A stretch of DNA of 64,000 bases. Source: a phage. Below are positions 19,043-27,768 of the stretch, piece after piece (position 1 is the stretch's first letter; each line of letters starts with the position of its first letter). Position numbers and translations under genes: made by a program. The notes under the pieces are model-generated. The model was not told the DNA's origin. It saw only the letters and a program-made list of their open reading frames with translations, and made no database searches. The stretch lies in the sequence record PZ496580.1, one strand, 5' to 3'.

Positions 19043-19351
19043 TTATTTCACGTTAACGCCGTCATCAATCCAGCCGACGCTATTTGGTTTAACAGTTTTA
19101 CCATAGGATGCATACTTAATCAAGCATGGTTTAACATCATTATCAAATCTTCCTAAACGTACTCCAAAATCAGGAATATCCATGTATGCGGCTTTATATC
19201 CCCATGTACCGTATTCAGAATCAATCTCAACCGGACGGCCTTTAAAAGCATACACGACACCGTGACGGTCAACGATAACATAGCAATAGCCAGCCGGAAG
19301 ATACACAGTTTCGCCGTAAACTTTAACTGGAGTAGCAGAAGAGATAAACAT
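19043..19351 (-). CDS. hypothetical protein (102 aa)
   Basis: ATG at 19351 downstream of promoter 19380-19414. Confidence 0.45.
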   Translation of the reverse strand: MFISSATPVKVYGETVYLPAGYCYVIVDRHGVVYAFKGRPVEIDSEYGTWGYKAAYMDIPDFGVRLGRFDNDVKPCLIKYASYGKTVKPNSVGWIDDGVNVK

Positions 19352-19379
19352 AATATAATCCTCACATCGTTCATTTGAT

Positions 19380-19414
19380 GCGGTTATTATATGATAACCG
19401 CATTTTCATGTCAA
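19380..19414 (-). promoter_or_regulatory. sigma70-type early promoter with hairpin across -10 (PeSL-like)
   Basis: TTGACA(19409-19414)-17-TATAAT(19386-19391); 8-bp inverted repeat gcggttat/ataaccgc. Confidence 0.6.
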
Positions 19415-19420
19415 CAGTTT

Positions 19421-19795
19421 TTAAAAATCTTCTTCCGGTTTATATCGACCGTCGTCTTCTTGTTTTGGAGTAAATCCTTTATGCGTGCGCGGCTTCGCTT
19501 CCGGTTTACCAGCAATCATCAAACCAAAACATTTCAGCCCTTTATAACACATAACAATATTAACCACGGTCCACGTTATAGGCCATATAATAGAACAAAT
19601 GGCATATGCTCCAGTATCGACCTCTTTGGTGTCCTTGTCGAATCTAGCATACAAGCAAATTATAAGATAGGTGATCATTGCACCAGTAGGCCAGATATAA
19701 AGTACATTAACAATATCTTGTGACGTCACGTTATCCTCCTTACATGTCTTGCAGTGCATAAAAGCATTTTTCTTCATAGTCATAGAAAATGTCAA
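19421..19795 (-). CDS. hypothetical membrane protein (124 aa)
   Basis: Two hydrophobic segments; start not verified. Confidence 0.4.
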   Translation of the reverse strand: MTFSMTMKKNAFMHCKTCKEDNVTSQDIVNVLYIWPTGAMITYLIICLYARFDKDTKEVDTGAYAICSIIWPITWTVVNIVMCYKGLKCFGLMIAGKPEAKPRTHKGFTPKQEDDGRYKPEEDF

Positions 19796-20018
19796 AGTAT
19801 GCTTTTTCTACATACTCGCCATTGATCCAAGCGGCAGTAACAATCAGAGTGGTCCAGTTAGATCCGCTCTCAACCGTAAAGGTTTTAATACCCAGCTTCG
19901 CTGCTAAGTCGAACGCAAACCGGACGCAACCACGGCAGGAAGTGATATTGGAAGTTTTGATTTTGATGCCACCGCGAGTTTTAGAAATTTCTACTTTAGC
20001 GAAAGACAGGTTGCTCAT
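19740..20018 (-). CDS. hypothetical protein (92 aa)
   Basis: ORF downstream of promoter 20061-20089. Confidence 0.4.
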   Translation of the reverse strand: MSNLSFAKVEISKTRGGIKIKTSNITSCRGCVRFAFDLAAKLGIKTFTVESGSNWTTLIVTAAWINGEYVEKAYFDIFYDYEEKCFYALQDM

Positions 20019-20060
20019 TTTGATTCTCCTTAAGAAAGTGTGTTTCGTTTTGATGTGTTT

Positions 20061-20089
20061 AGTATAGGGGATACGTGATCCCCTGTCAA
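20061..20089 (-). promoter_or_regulatory. sigma70-type early promoter with spacer hairpin (PeSL-like)
   Basis: TTGACA(20084-20089)-17-TATACT(20061-20066); inverted repeat ggggat/atcccc in spacer. Confidence 0.6.
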
Positions 20090-20105
20090 CAACTTTTTTA
20101 TGATT

Positions 20106-20426
20106 TTAGTGAATTAACTCTACACCAAAATGAGGCACAGAGAACGCCTTACGAAACACATATTCATCATGTTTAGGGATCGCCCCTAACCTCTCTATTT
20201 CGCTCGCTAACACGATAAACTGTTTATCTGGTGCATATGCCTTGTGTGCTTCAACAACGCACGGAAAACGCGTTTTAGAGAGTTCTGGATAGTTTTCTGA
20301 ATCCAGAAGGACGATGAATACCCTATTACATTGATTGTAGAATCCTGTTTTTGATTTCATCAAGTTTTTTTCTATGTACATTTCGTGCAATCTTCCTTTC
20401 ATGATTTCGTTGGTTCTTGTCTTCAC
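20106..20426 (-). CDS. hypothetical protein, C-terminal segment of a possibly frameshifted gene
   Basis: Track start 20426 is GTG; no Shine-Dalgarno before first ATG (20402); overlaps upstream ORF by 100 nt containing an A7 tract. Confidence 0.4.
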   Translation of the reverse strand: MKTRTNEIMKGRLHEMYIEKNLMKSKTGFYNQCNRVFIVLLDSENYPELSKTRFPCVVEAHKAYAPDKQFIVLASEIERLGAIPKHDEYVFRKAFSVPHFGVELIH

Positions 20427-20667
20427 AGTTTACCCACTCAACAAGATCTTTACCTAACTCGAAAGCCCATTCTCGGTCCTGCTTTACGTTTTGTAGGTAT
20501 GGACTTTCCGACACTCTACGAAGTGATGTTGTCGTAACAAGAATGATCCCAGGAATGGTCGGATGTTCCTTGCCATAAACAATAGGACGCGAGTCACTAT
20601 CAATACCTTGTAAGAAGGTGTATCCTGAATCACTTAGAATCATATACATTTTCATTTCACACATCAC
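20326..20667 (-). CDS. hypothetical protein, N-terminal segment of a possibly frameshifted gene
   Basis: ORF reading through the A7 tract at 20365-20371. Confidence 0.4.
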   Translation of the reverse strand: MMCEMKMYMILSDSGYTFLQGIDSDSRPIVYGKEHPTIPGIILVTTTSLRRVSESPYLQNVKQDREWAFELGKDLVEWVNCEDKNQRNHERKIARNVHRKKLDEIKNRILQSM

Positions 20668-20921
20668 AGTTTCCTCAACCAGTTATTAAAGCGAGCAAAC
20701 CATGATGCTTTTCGTGCTTCTTTTACTTTATGTGCACGAAAACCACTGAAACACCATTCATAATCATCACCGAAACATGATTCAACAGGAACACCCGCAT
20801 TTCGTAGTTCTCTGGTCTTTATCATGAATCCTTGACATAAGGGGCGACCTTCAACAATGATAGGAAGTTTAACTTTTTCCATGAAAGTATACCCAGCACG
20901 GTCAATAATTTCAATCTTCAT
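20664..20921 (-). CDS. small paralog-family protein (family B, MKIEIID type)
   Basis: MKIEIIDRAGYTFMEKVKLPIIVEGR... paralogous to 20940-21137 and 23263-23484. Confidence 0.5.
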   Translation of the reverse strand: MKIEIIDRAGYTFMEKVKLPIIVEGRPLCQGFMIKTRELRNAGVPVESCFGDDYEWCFSGFRAHKVKEARKASWFARFNNWLRKL

Positions 20922-20939
20922 AATATAATCCTCAATTAG

Positions 20940-21137
20940 TTATACTGCCCATGCTTCATTTGCACGAAAACACCATTCATACTCAGGAAAATAACCTTTA
21001 ATTGGTACGCCAGCTTTTTGTAGTTCCTGCGTTTCTACAAGATAATCAAGCCCATAACGACGACCTTCCACAATAATAGGAAGTTTAACGCCATTCATGA
21101 AAGAAAATCCACCATCATCAATAATTTCAATTTTCAT
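20940..21137 (-). CDS. small paralog-family protein (family B)
   Basis: MKIEIIDDGGFSFMNGVKLPIIVEGR...YEWCF. Confidence 0.5.
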   Translation of the reverse strand: MKIEIIDDGGFSFMNGVKLPIIVEGRRYGLDYLVETQELQKAGVPIKGYFPEYEWCFRANEAWAV

Positions 21138-21382
21138 TTTACATTGTCTCCATAGATCTTTCCATCAATACCAATTTCACCAGCACGAACATCTAGGATA
21201 AGATGCGGTAGGTGTATGCAGTTTTCCCACCCTACGCGCTTCATTTCTGAAACAGTGACGTAAGCCCATCCGTTCGCTGTAATAAAGTCTACTTCAACCT
21301 TGAGAGGAAAGCAAGACTTTTCTATGTTTTCAAATCCGACAATGTGTTTTGTCGTTGAATATGGAATATATCCGGTGATCAT
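21134..21382 (-). CDS. hypothetical protein (82 aa)
   Basis: ORF with stop/start overlap. Confidence 0.4.
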   Translation of the reverse strand: MITGYIPYSTTKHIVGFENIEKSCFPLKVEVDFITANGWAYVTVSEMKRVGWENCIHLPHLILDVRAGEIGIDGKIYGDNVK

Positions 21383-21840
21383 TTTGTGATCTCCTTATAC
21401 TCAACACACCATAAACGGGTCGCCCATGATAAACGCTCATAACGCTGGCAGAAATCAGACCATAGATATTGTGTACCGTCTTGCATAGTTGAAATATGCG
21501 TTTTCTCTCCTACTTTCACGAATGAAGTATTCGATTTTGTGATCTCGACCGGAGTATATCCGAAAGCTGGTTCCAAGTCAACATCTGAACTAAATGCTAA
21601 TTTAACAGAATTTGTTTTTCTGACCGCTGTCCGGTTTCCTTCTGGGTATAGCACAGCAGGTTTAGCGCCTAAGCGGATAAACTCAGTGTTTTTAATGAAC
21701 AGAATATCATGATAACCGTCATATTCCGACACTTCCATAGTAACAGGAAAATCGACATGTTCTAAACCTGGTAGATCTCGCATATCATGAAATGTAGCCA
21801 TCAACTTTTTCATCTTGTATTCCTCACTCTTCTGTTTCAT
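21379..21840 (-). CDS. hypothetical protein (153 aa)
   Basis: ORF; start not verified. Confidence 0.45.
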   Translation of the reverse strand: MKQKSEEYKMKKLMATFHDMRDLPGLEHVDFPVTMEVSEYDGYHDILFIKNTEFIRLGAKPAVLYPEGNRTAVRKTNSVKLAFSSDVDLEPAFGYTPVEITKSNTSFVKVGEKTHISTMQDGTQYLWSDFCQRYERLSWATRLWCVEYKEITK

Positions 21841-22060
21841 TTCTTTTATATGGTACTATAACAGGATTAATACAGCAAGCACCAATTACGTTATGAGCAC
21901 CACAATTTAAGCATTTATAATCATGGAACTTATTAAGGAATCGACCAAACTCATAGCCGACTAACGCCGCGTGTACTTGAGTCTCGATCTCATCCATATC
22001 AGCCAATGTTTTAACCTTCATAATATAATCCTCAAATGGTAGTTTTGCGAAGATGGTCAT
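21824..22060 (-). CDS. hypothetical protein (78 aa) with CxxC...C cluster
   Basis: CLNCGAHNVIGACC motif. Confidence 0.4.
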   Translation of the reverse strand: MTIFAKLPFEDYIMKVKTLADMDEIETQVHAALVGYEFGRFLNKFHDYKCLNCGAHNVIGACCINPVIVPYKRNETEE

Positions 22061-22322
22061 TACATGCTTTTAATGCATCAGTCGCGGTGTCATAGCGAGT
22101 ATTATCATAGCACCAGTAACCATCTGTCAACTGATAAATCAATCCGTCCCTTTTAGCTTCGATGAAAGATAACTCTTTGAAAGTTTCTACTTTCTTTGCT
22201 GATACTCCACGGTCACGGCGCTTATAGAGTTTAGCTAAAATGCGTTCAGCTTGTTCCTCTTTATCACCAGACAGATCCCAAATAATGTTGCGGATATGTT
22301 TGATTAATTGTTCAGTGGTCAT
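22032..22322 (-). CDS. hypothetical protein (96 aa)
   Basis: Downstream of promoter 22352-22379. Confidence 0.45.
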   Translation of the reverse strand: MTTEQLIKHIRNIIWDLSGDKEEQAERILAKLYKRRDRGVSAKKVETFKELSFIEAKRDGLIYQLTDGYWCYDNTRYDTATDALKACNDHLRKTTI

Positions 22323-22351
22323 CTTTGATTCTCCTTAGTTGGTATGTGTGC

Positions 22352-22379
22352 ATTATAGCATTGTGATTATCTTTGTCAA
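22352..22379 (-). promoter_or_regulatory. sigma70-type early promoter
   Basis: TTGACA(22374-22379)-16-TATAAT(22352-22357). Confidence 0.6.
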
Positions 22380-22383
22380 CACC

Positions 22384-22416
22384 CAAAAACAAAAAGGCTA
22401 CCCCGAAGGATAGCCC
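22384..22416 (-). terminator. rho-independent terminator (UUCG tetraloop)
   Basis: 8-bp stem with one G.U, loop uucg on minus RNA, followed by U-run; just after the stop of the glycine-rich gene. Confidence 0.6.
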
Positions 22417-22422
22417 ATAAAA

Positions 22423-23208
22423 TTACACGCGAGCACCGTAGATCGTGCCTACTTTATCCCAGCGAGGGGCATTGCCAGTAACAGCCTTACCAGCTGCGCC
22501 ACCCGAGTGAACAGTTCCTCCAGTACCACCTTGAATATATGAAGATTTGCCAGCAGACCCCAAATCTCCACCATTTCCTCCATAGTGAACCCCAGAAACA
22601 GTGCCTTTACCTGGGGCAGAAATTGTACCAGCAGATGCTGCCGCTGCGCCGCCTCCTGCCTTACCAGCAGCACCAAATGGACGGCCTCCGCCGCCTCCAA
22701 ATATCATATCCATTTGAGGGAAAGGATGGTATCTAGCACCAGCACCGCCACCACCGCCACCACCAATAATACCATTATTGTTTATTCTTAAACGAGTTCC
22801 AATTCCGTTATTTATTGCATTTCCTCCTGCTCCACCAGCAGAGTTACTTCCGCCATTTCCTCCCCGACCTAATACATGAACACCAGAGTTAATGATTAGT
22901 GTCACATATTCATTTGTTAGTGAGCTAGGGAAATCAAGACAAGGAACGCCAGTAGATTGGGAAACAATATTACCTGTGATAGTAATTACTACCGGAGTAG
23001 ATCCTTGTGCTTTCATCCAGTTAATAAGAGTGTCTTTATTGTAAGAGTTACTAGCGCCAATGCTATAATGAATCTCTTTAGAACGTCCGACCATCGCTGA
23101 CATATACGCCGGACGACCTAAGCGTACAGCTTGCATTGCGGCGCTCATCCACCGTTGACCAGTCTCAGACACAGCCGATGATCCGACCCAACCTGCTTTA
23201 ATTGCCAT
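22423..23208 (-). CDS. glycine-rich protein (261 aa), function unknown
   Basis: ATG at 23208; about 110-aa N-terminal domain then low-complexity Gly-rich C-terminus (GGGGGGGAGARYHPFP...GGGGGRPFGAAGKAGGG...); bracketed by terminator-like hairpins. Confidence 0.55.
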   Translation of the reverse strand: MAIKAGWVGSSAVSETGQRWMSAAMQAVRLGRPAYMSAMVGRSKEIHYSIGASNSYNKDTLINWMKAQGSTPVVITITGNIVSQSTGVPCLDFPSSLTNEYVTLIINSGVHVLGRGGNGGSNSAGGAGGNAINNGIGTRLRINNNGIIGGGGGGGAGARYHPFPQMDMIFGGGGGRPFGAAGKAGGGAAAASAGTISAPGKGTVSGVHYGGNGGDLGSAGKSSYIQGGTGGTVHSGGAAGKAVTGNAPRWDKVGTIYGARV

Positions 23209-23224
23209 AAAGTTTCCTCACAAG

Positions 23225-23244
23225 AAAAGCCCCAATTAAGGGGC
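23225..23244 (-). terminator. weak terminator-like hairpin
   Basis: 5-bp GC stem gcccc/ggggc with 6-nt loop then short U-run; lies between family-B gene and glycine-rich gene. Confidence 0.35.
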
Positions 23245-23262
23245 ATTGATTAATAATATTAC

Positions 23263-23484
23263 TTAGATGACCTCTGCTTCACCATTCAGGAAGAAAGACC
23301 ATGTTTTGTTAGGATAGCGAAGCGCCCATGATTCAGCAGTTTTAACACCAGCTTCGAACAATTGACGGCTGGTCACTTTAGCCATGCCATCTTCGATGGC
23401 AACGTTTTCAATAATCATTGGGTACTTAGCGCCACGCATGAAACCGAAGCCAGCGGAAGATTTGATAATTTTAACAGTTGCCAT
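23263..23484 (-). CDS. small paralog-family protein (family B)
   Basis: ATG at 23484 with GGAGA Shine-Dalgarno, downstream of promoter 23525-23553; MATVKIIKSSAGFGFMRGAKYPMIIEN... Confidence 0.5.
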   Translation of the reverse strand: MATVKIIKSSAGFGFMRGAKYPMIIENVAIEDGMAKVTSRQLFEAGVKTAESWALRYPNKTWSFFLNGEAEVI

Positions 23485-23524
23485 TTTGATTCTCCTAGAA
23501 AGTGTATCTCGTTTCGATGTGTGT

Positions 23525-23553
23525 ATTATGCAATAACACCGGAACGCTGTCAA
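23525..23553 (-). promoter_or_regulatory. sigma70-type early promoter
   Basis: TTGACA(23548-23553)-17-CATAAT(23525-23530). Confidence 0.55.
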
Positions 23554-23571
23554 CACTTTCTAAGAAAAATT

Positions 23572-23856
23572 TTAAATTAATCGAATATAGCCCAGAATTT
23601 CAGCACCTTTAGCCAGTCCTAAAACCTCCCATTCAAGGTCGCCGTAGTCATAATTTGCAACCATCAGTTCACCGTTTTTCATGCAGCAATCATGAGAGAA
23701 AATTTGCCCCGCATAAACTACGATAGTAATAAACTTTCCTGATTCTGGCGGTGTGGAAGACAAAGCGACCATATGACCATTCAGCTTAGTCACCAGTGAT
23801 GGAACAATAAAATTCGGGCTTACCTGAATACCGTTAAATTCGTTTGTGTCTTTCAT
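23572..23856 (-). CDS. hypothetical protein (94 aa)
   Basis: ORF in array. Confidence 0.45.
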   Translation of the reverse strand: MKDTNEFNGIQVSPNFIVPSLVTKLNGHMVALSSTPPESGKFITIVVYAGQIFSHDCCMKNGELMVANYDYGDLEWEVLGLAKGAEILGYIRLI

Positions 23857-24203
23857 GCCAGACCTCGCAAAACACTAATAGCATAATCATGCTGGTTATT
23901 CATAATATCAATTGCATTGTGATAACGAGCTAAACCATCAAGGATAAATTCTTGTTTATCCTGTTTCAGTTTGGTATCACGCGCAGCCATAAGAGCATCA
24001 AGAACAGGTCCAAAGTGATTATCTAATTCATCTTCGGTTGCAATGTTTCCTATTGCCTCGTCGATCCGTGATTCTAATGCTTGCTTTTCGTTGATCGCTT
24101 GCTGGGTATATTCCAACACATCAAGAATATCGCGGGTAACGTCTCCGTGATAAGGTATTCCCGCATGAAGATGATCAATTAATCGCTGAATATCAATGTT
24201 CAA
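23853..24203 (-). CDS. hypothetical protein (116 aa)
   Basis: ORF with overlap to neighbours. Confidence 0.45.
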   Translation of the reverse strand: MNIDIQRLIDHLHAGIPYHGDVTRDILDVLEYTQQAINEKQALESRIDEAIGNIATEDELDNHFGPVLDALMAARDTKLKQDKQEFILDGLARYHNAIDIMNNQHDYAISVLRGLA

Positions 24204-24538
24204 TTGTAACCCTCCTCTGAAAGTACATCCCAGATAATCGGTTCAAGGTGCATTAAATTCCACATAATAGAGTCATAACTACCGGAGCCATAAGTAAAAA
24301 TTACATCACACTGGCGATAGGTCTTATGAAAATCGGTAGCGGTCTTTGCGTTAATAGGCATATCGTCACCGGAAAGCACCAGACATTTAAGAATCATGAT
24401 TCGGTTAGCCGTTGGTGCTTCCTTAGTCGCTTCGGCGTATTTTTCGATGATCCGTTTTGCCTTTTCTTCTTTGATACGTCCAGAATAGACACGGTTTCTA
24501 TATTGATTCATAATAATTTCAATCATATCATTTTGCAT
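24200..24538 (-). CDS. hypothetical protein (112 aa)
   Basis: ORF with overlap to neighbours. Confidence 0.45.
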   Translation of the reverse strand: MQNDMIEIIMNQYRNRVYSGRIKEEKAKRIIEKYAEATKEAPTANRIMILKCLVLSGDDMPINAKTATDFHKTYRQCDVIFTYGSGSYDSIMWNLMHLEPIIWDVLSEEGYN

Positions 24539-24737
24539 TCTTCACGGTCTCCATAATTGTTTTGTAAGCCAGTTTAAGATGATCACCGAAAAACTTTGCA
24601 GTGTTACCCTTCGGATCGCGGAGCATGGTTTCTACGATCTCATCGGCAGTAACAATTTCTCCTTTCTTTGCTGCATGTTCTACCATATACTTCAAAGTTT
24701 CTTCGGAAGCAAGTGCTGCGGCTACTGGATTAATCAT
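24528..24737 (-). CDS. hypothetical protein (69 aa)
   Basis: ATG at 24737 directly downstream of promoter 24767-24795. Confidence 0.45.
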   Translation of the reverse strand: MINPVAAALASEETLKYMVEHAAKKGEIVTADEIVETMLRDPKGNTAKFFGDHLKLAYKTIMETVKNAK

Positions 24738-24766
24738 TTTGATTCTCCTTTGTTGTCGATGTGTGC

Positions 24767-24795
24767 ATTATGCTATACCCTATTCCGGTTGTCAA
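24767..24795 (-). promoter_or_regulatory. sigma70-type early promoter
   Basis: TTGACA(24790-24795)-17-CATAAT(24767-24772). Confidence 0.6.
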
Positions 24796-24800
24796 CACCT

Positions 24801-24832
24801 AAAAACGAAAAAGCCACCCTTTCGGATGGCTT
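24801..24832 (-). terminator. rho-independent terminator (GAAA tetraloop)
   Basis: 7-bp GC stem 24813-24819/24824-24830, loop gaaa on minus RNA, then U-run; after the stop of the 715-aa gene. Confidence 0.6.
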
Positions 24833-24843
24833 TTGATTATATT

Positions 24844-26991
24844 TTATTCACGTCCATTTGTATAGTAGTGTTTGAATCGACCATAGCCAGTTTCAATAGA
24901 CATATCCTTCTGGCGGACAATAGCCCAATAACCATTACACGAATCTTGAAGATACAAATCCTTACCTTTTAGGAACTCATTAAAGATAGTGATTTGCCAG
25001 TCATAGTAGACAGAATCTTCAAGTTTATCCATCCAACCATGCGGATCTTCCATCAATTCGACAAGCTCATCAATCACCCAATACGGACACGGACTAAATC
25101 GACCTTTGCTAAACTCGTTAAACATAGTAACAATTTTAACTTCCGGTCTAGGTTCATCCGGTCGCACAGGACGTTTATTAACTACAACCTGAACATATTT
25201 TGTATACCCGACAATCTCGCCAGGATCTAGTTCATCGTTGCTGTTTTTATCAGCAAATGCAACAAATCGATAAACACCAGCATCCTCTAGCGTAACGTTT
25301 GCTTTACGGTAAATCGGACTTCTTGAGTCTTCCATTTCCATTTTAACACCGTTTTTACTAAACTCATAAGTCGGAACATATGAGGCTGGCGGTTTTAGCA
25401 TGGTTGCTTCTAGCGTCAGAGTATCACCTTCCGTAACCTGTACCGGATGAGGACCGTCAAACTCCATATTCGGCACTACTTCAACATGATAGGTCGAACG
25501 ACCAGCAATATCAAAATCAGTATGCGCACTAAATGGATCTTTACTCGGACTATCACGATATTCATGCGCCCAGATGCCGTTATGGTCTCGGTCCGCAGAG
25601 TCGGTGATCTTATATTCCTTAGTACCTAGCGGAAGTTCCGTTACTTTAACGTCGTTTTTGGTGATAACCAAAGTTCGCGTTTGTTCGGGATCATCACTAG
25701 CTGGCGGTTCAGGATCTACGATCTTGAGAACAATAGGTTCACCCACTTCAATATTACGATAATCATACTCTTTATCATAAATCTCAAGCATACGACGATC
25801 ATAAAATAATGGGCGACCGTTAGGAATCACCTGTTCACCCGCTGGATTGGCAGGAGCAACCAACAATTGAAGCGCAACGCTGTTATCATATTGCAATCCA
25901 GATAGCGTTATCCGGTCATAACCCTCATCGCCATATTTTTTACTTTGTAGTTTCTTACCGCCAAGCATCCACGTAAAGTAAACGTTGTTAGTAAGCATAC
26001 CATAATGACGATTCCATGAGCTATCGGCTTGCATCACTGGCATATCAAGGTTTACAGTAGATCCAGAAGGATAACGAAAATCAATAGCACTAAAATCACG
26101 GCTAAAAAATTCGTTTTCTTTTACGTTAACTGTAAATTGGTGTCGCTGTCCATCAATATATTGTTCACCAGATCCGGGTCCATTAACAACCTTATACGCA
26201 CGAACAAAAGCAACATAAACCCCAGCATCTGACGGTTGAGCGTGTTTAGTCACGTATAGAGTCTTATCTTTAGACTCATAAACCAAGCTACCATCATTAC
26301 GCTCTAGTCGATATCGGACAATAGTATATTCCGCCTGATTAGGTGCATCATCCTCTACAGTAAAATAAGCAGGTGCATATTTTTGTACGTTGAATACTTC
26401 CTTATTTTCAGTGATGTTTGCATAGAAAGGATATACAAATTTAACCTCACCATGTTCATCACTCAATTCCATTTTATATGTACCGGAAAATTCAGGCCAC
26501 GCGAATTTTGCAATTTTAAATTCACGATGGTCCAACCCCAGATCACCATCAACGGAATCAACCAAACCATCATTATAATAGAGGTCAACCGAAATATTAG
26601 GCTGGATATGACTACGAAAAACAATCTTTGCCTTGATTTCATCACCAATATTAAAAGACGTCGGCGGGTATACATGTTCCACATATGGATTGTCAAAAAG
26701 TTCAAAGGTGAAGTTTTCCGTGCCGATATCTACGGATTCGCCAGAAAGATTTTCATCATCTTGAGCAAAACCACGAACATTAACAGACCAACCTGTTTTA
26801 TCTTCCTCTTTAACAGATTTTAGTGGAAAAGATGGACCATCTGTCATTGTGATCAACTTATCATTCTTTTTCCACAAATAACCTTTTCGTCTTTTCTCTG
26901 GGTCTTCCGACTCAGCAACAATAGAACATTCAAAAGTATGAGGAAGCCAAATTTGAGAGTTAATTGTAGTGTTTTTGATTTCTGCTGGCAT
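24844..26991 (-). CDS. large protein with repeated Ig-like domains (715 aa)
   Basis: ATG at 26991; recurring Ig-type signatures (SDAGVYVAFV, EDAGVYRFVAF); longest ORF in the early region. Confidence 0.6.
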   Translation of the reverse strand: MPAEIKNTTINSQIWLPHTFECSIVAESEDPEKRRKGYLWKKNDKLITMTDGPSFPLKSVKEEDKTGWSVNVRGFAQDDENLSGESVDIGTENFTFELFDNPYVEHVYPPTSFNIGDEIKAKIVFRSHIQPNISVDLYYNDGLVDSVDGDLGLDHREFKIAKFAWPEFSGTYKMELSDEHGEVKFVYPFYANITENKEVFNVQKYAPAYFTVEDDAPNQAEYTIVRYRLERNDGSLVYESKDKTLYVTKHAQPSDAGVYVAFVRAYKVVNGPGSGEQYIDGQRHQFTVNVKENEFFSRDFSAIDFRYPSGSTVNLDMPVMQADSSWNRHYGMLTNNVYFTWMLGGKKLQSKKYGDEGYDRITLSGLQYDNSVALQLLVAPANPAGEQVIPNGRPLFYDRRMLEIYDKEYDYRNIEVGEPIVLKIVDPEPPASDDPEQTRTLVITKNDVKVTELPLGTKEYKITDSADRDHNGIWAHEYRDSPSKDPFSAHTDFDIAGRSTYHVEVVPNMEFDGPHPVQVTEGDTLTLEATMLKPPASYVPTYEFSKNGVKMEMEDSRSPIYRKANVTLEDAGVYRFVAFADKNSNDELDPGEIVGYTKYVQVVVNKRPVRPDEPRPEVKIVTMFNEFSKGRFSPCPYWVIDELVELMEDPHGWMDKLEDSVYYDWQITIFNEFLKGKDLYLQDSCNGYWAIVRQKDMSIETGYGRFKHYYTNGRE

Positions 26992-27012
26992 GTATCCCCC
27001 TTGTGACTGACA

Positions 27013-27411
27013 TTAAGCCAGTCGAGTGAGTTTATAAATTGTTTTAAAGCATAGAACTTTGATATCGTCTAAAACGCTCTGTAACGAGCTATCAACATCA
27101 TTATAAATCTCACTAGCCATTTGCGTTAACTCTTGCAAATAGGCAATTTCGCTAATCTCCTTGCGGACGACCAACGTTGGCTGATAACGACCAGTGATCC
27201 CAATATTGGTTTCAGTGAAATTATCAACCAATTCTTGCATTTCAAGATAGAACTCTTCTAAAGCCTTATGTTTTGCATAAGATCCTGGACCAGTTACCCC
27301 AAAATGCGCAGAATGCATATAAGTAACACTCATCAGACATTCACCGATAAAGCGGTCAACTTTATTAGCTTTCCCCTCTTCGGACGTCTTTCGAAAATCA
27401 CTGAATTTCAT
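27013..27411 (-). CDS. Dps/ferritin-like four-helix-bundle protein (about 132 aa)
   Basis: YMHSAHFGVTGPGSYAKHKALEEFY resembles the Dps signature HYHWNVKGPNF..LHE.FEE.Y; ATG at 27411 with GGAGA; track start 27510 lies inside rI. Confidence 0.5.
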   Translation of the reverse strand: MKFSDFRKTSEEGKANKVDRFIGECLMSVTYMHSAHFGVTGPGSYAKHKALEEFYLEMQELVDNFTETNIGITGRYQPTLVVRKEISEIAYLQELTQMASEIYNDVDSSLQSVLDDIKVLCFKTIYKLTRLA

Positions 27412-27700
27412 GTTCTCGATTCTCCACATTATGCAACATAACAAATTGTTGTGCGGCATATTCCCCCATAATAAAACACTGCTTAGAATCCATACATTTA
27501 CTACGAGCATACATCTTCATAATATGGGCATGAAATTTCTGGCTGGTTTCAATGGAAGGAGATATTTTGTTTACATATACTATCATTGCACCGTCGAAAT
27601 AATCAGTAAAGTCACCAGTTGGATCATATTGATCAGCACTGACGCTTCCGACCGCAGTCAAGCATATTGCCGCTGTTAGAGTTTTACGAATAAATGACAT
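27398..27700 (-). CDS. rI: antiholin RI (lysis inhibition), signal-anchored periplasmic protein
   Basis: N-terminal signal-anchor LTAAICLTAVGSVSA then periplasmic domain; DP..DF and conserved Cys spacing resemble T4 RI; position next to tk as in T4. Confidence 0.7.
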   Translation of the reverse strand: MSFIRKTLTAAICLTAVGSVSADQYDPTGDFTDYFDGAMIVYVNKISPSIETSQKFHAHIMKMYARSKCMDSKQCFIMGEYAAQQFVMLHNVENREHEIQ

Positions 27701-27709
27701 AAGTCATTC

Positions 27710-27749
27710 CCCCAGATTGAAAATATTCAGTTATATTTATAATCTGGGG
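27710..27749 (-). promoter_or_regulatory. T4-type late promoter TATAAATA embedded in a 9-bp inverted repeat, upstream of rI
   Basis: Minus strand TATAAATA at 27734-27741; inverted-repeat arms 27710-27718 and 27741-27749. Confidence 0.5.
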
Positions 27750-27768
27750 CTTTATTTATGATTAACTC

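Noticed and set aside
22449-22791. ORFs 22449-22700 (-), 22539-22736 (+), 22585-22791 (+) inside the glycine-rich gene
   Set aside because: GGN-rich low-complexity coding sequence keeps alternative frames open; no independent start signals.
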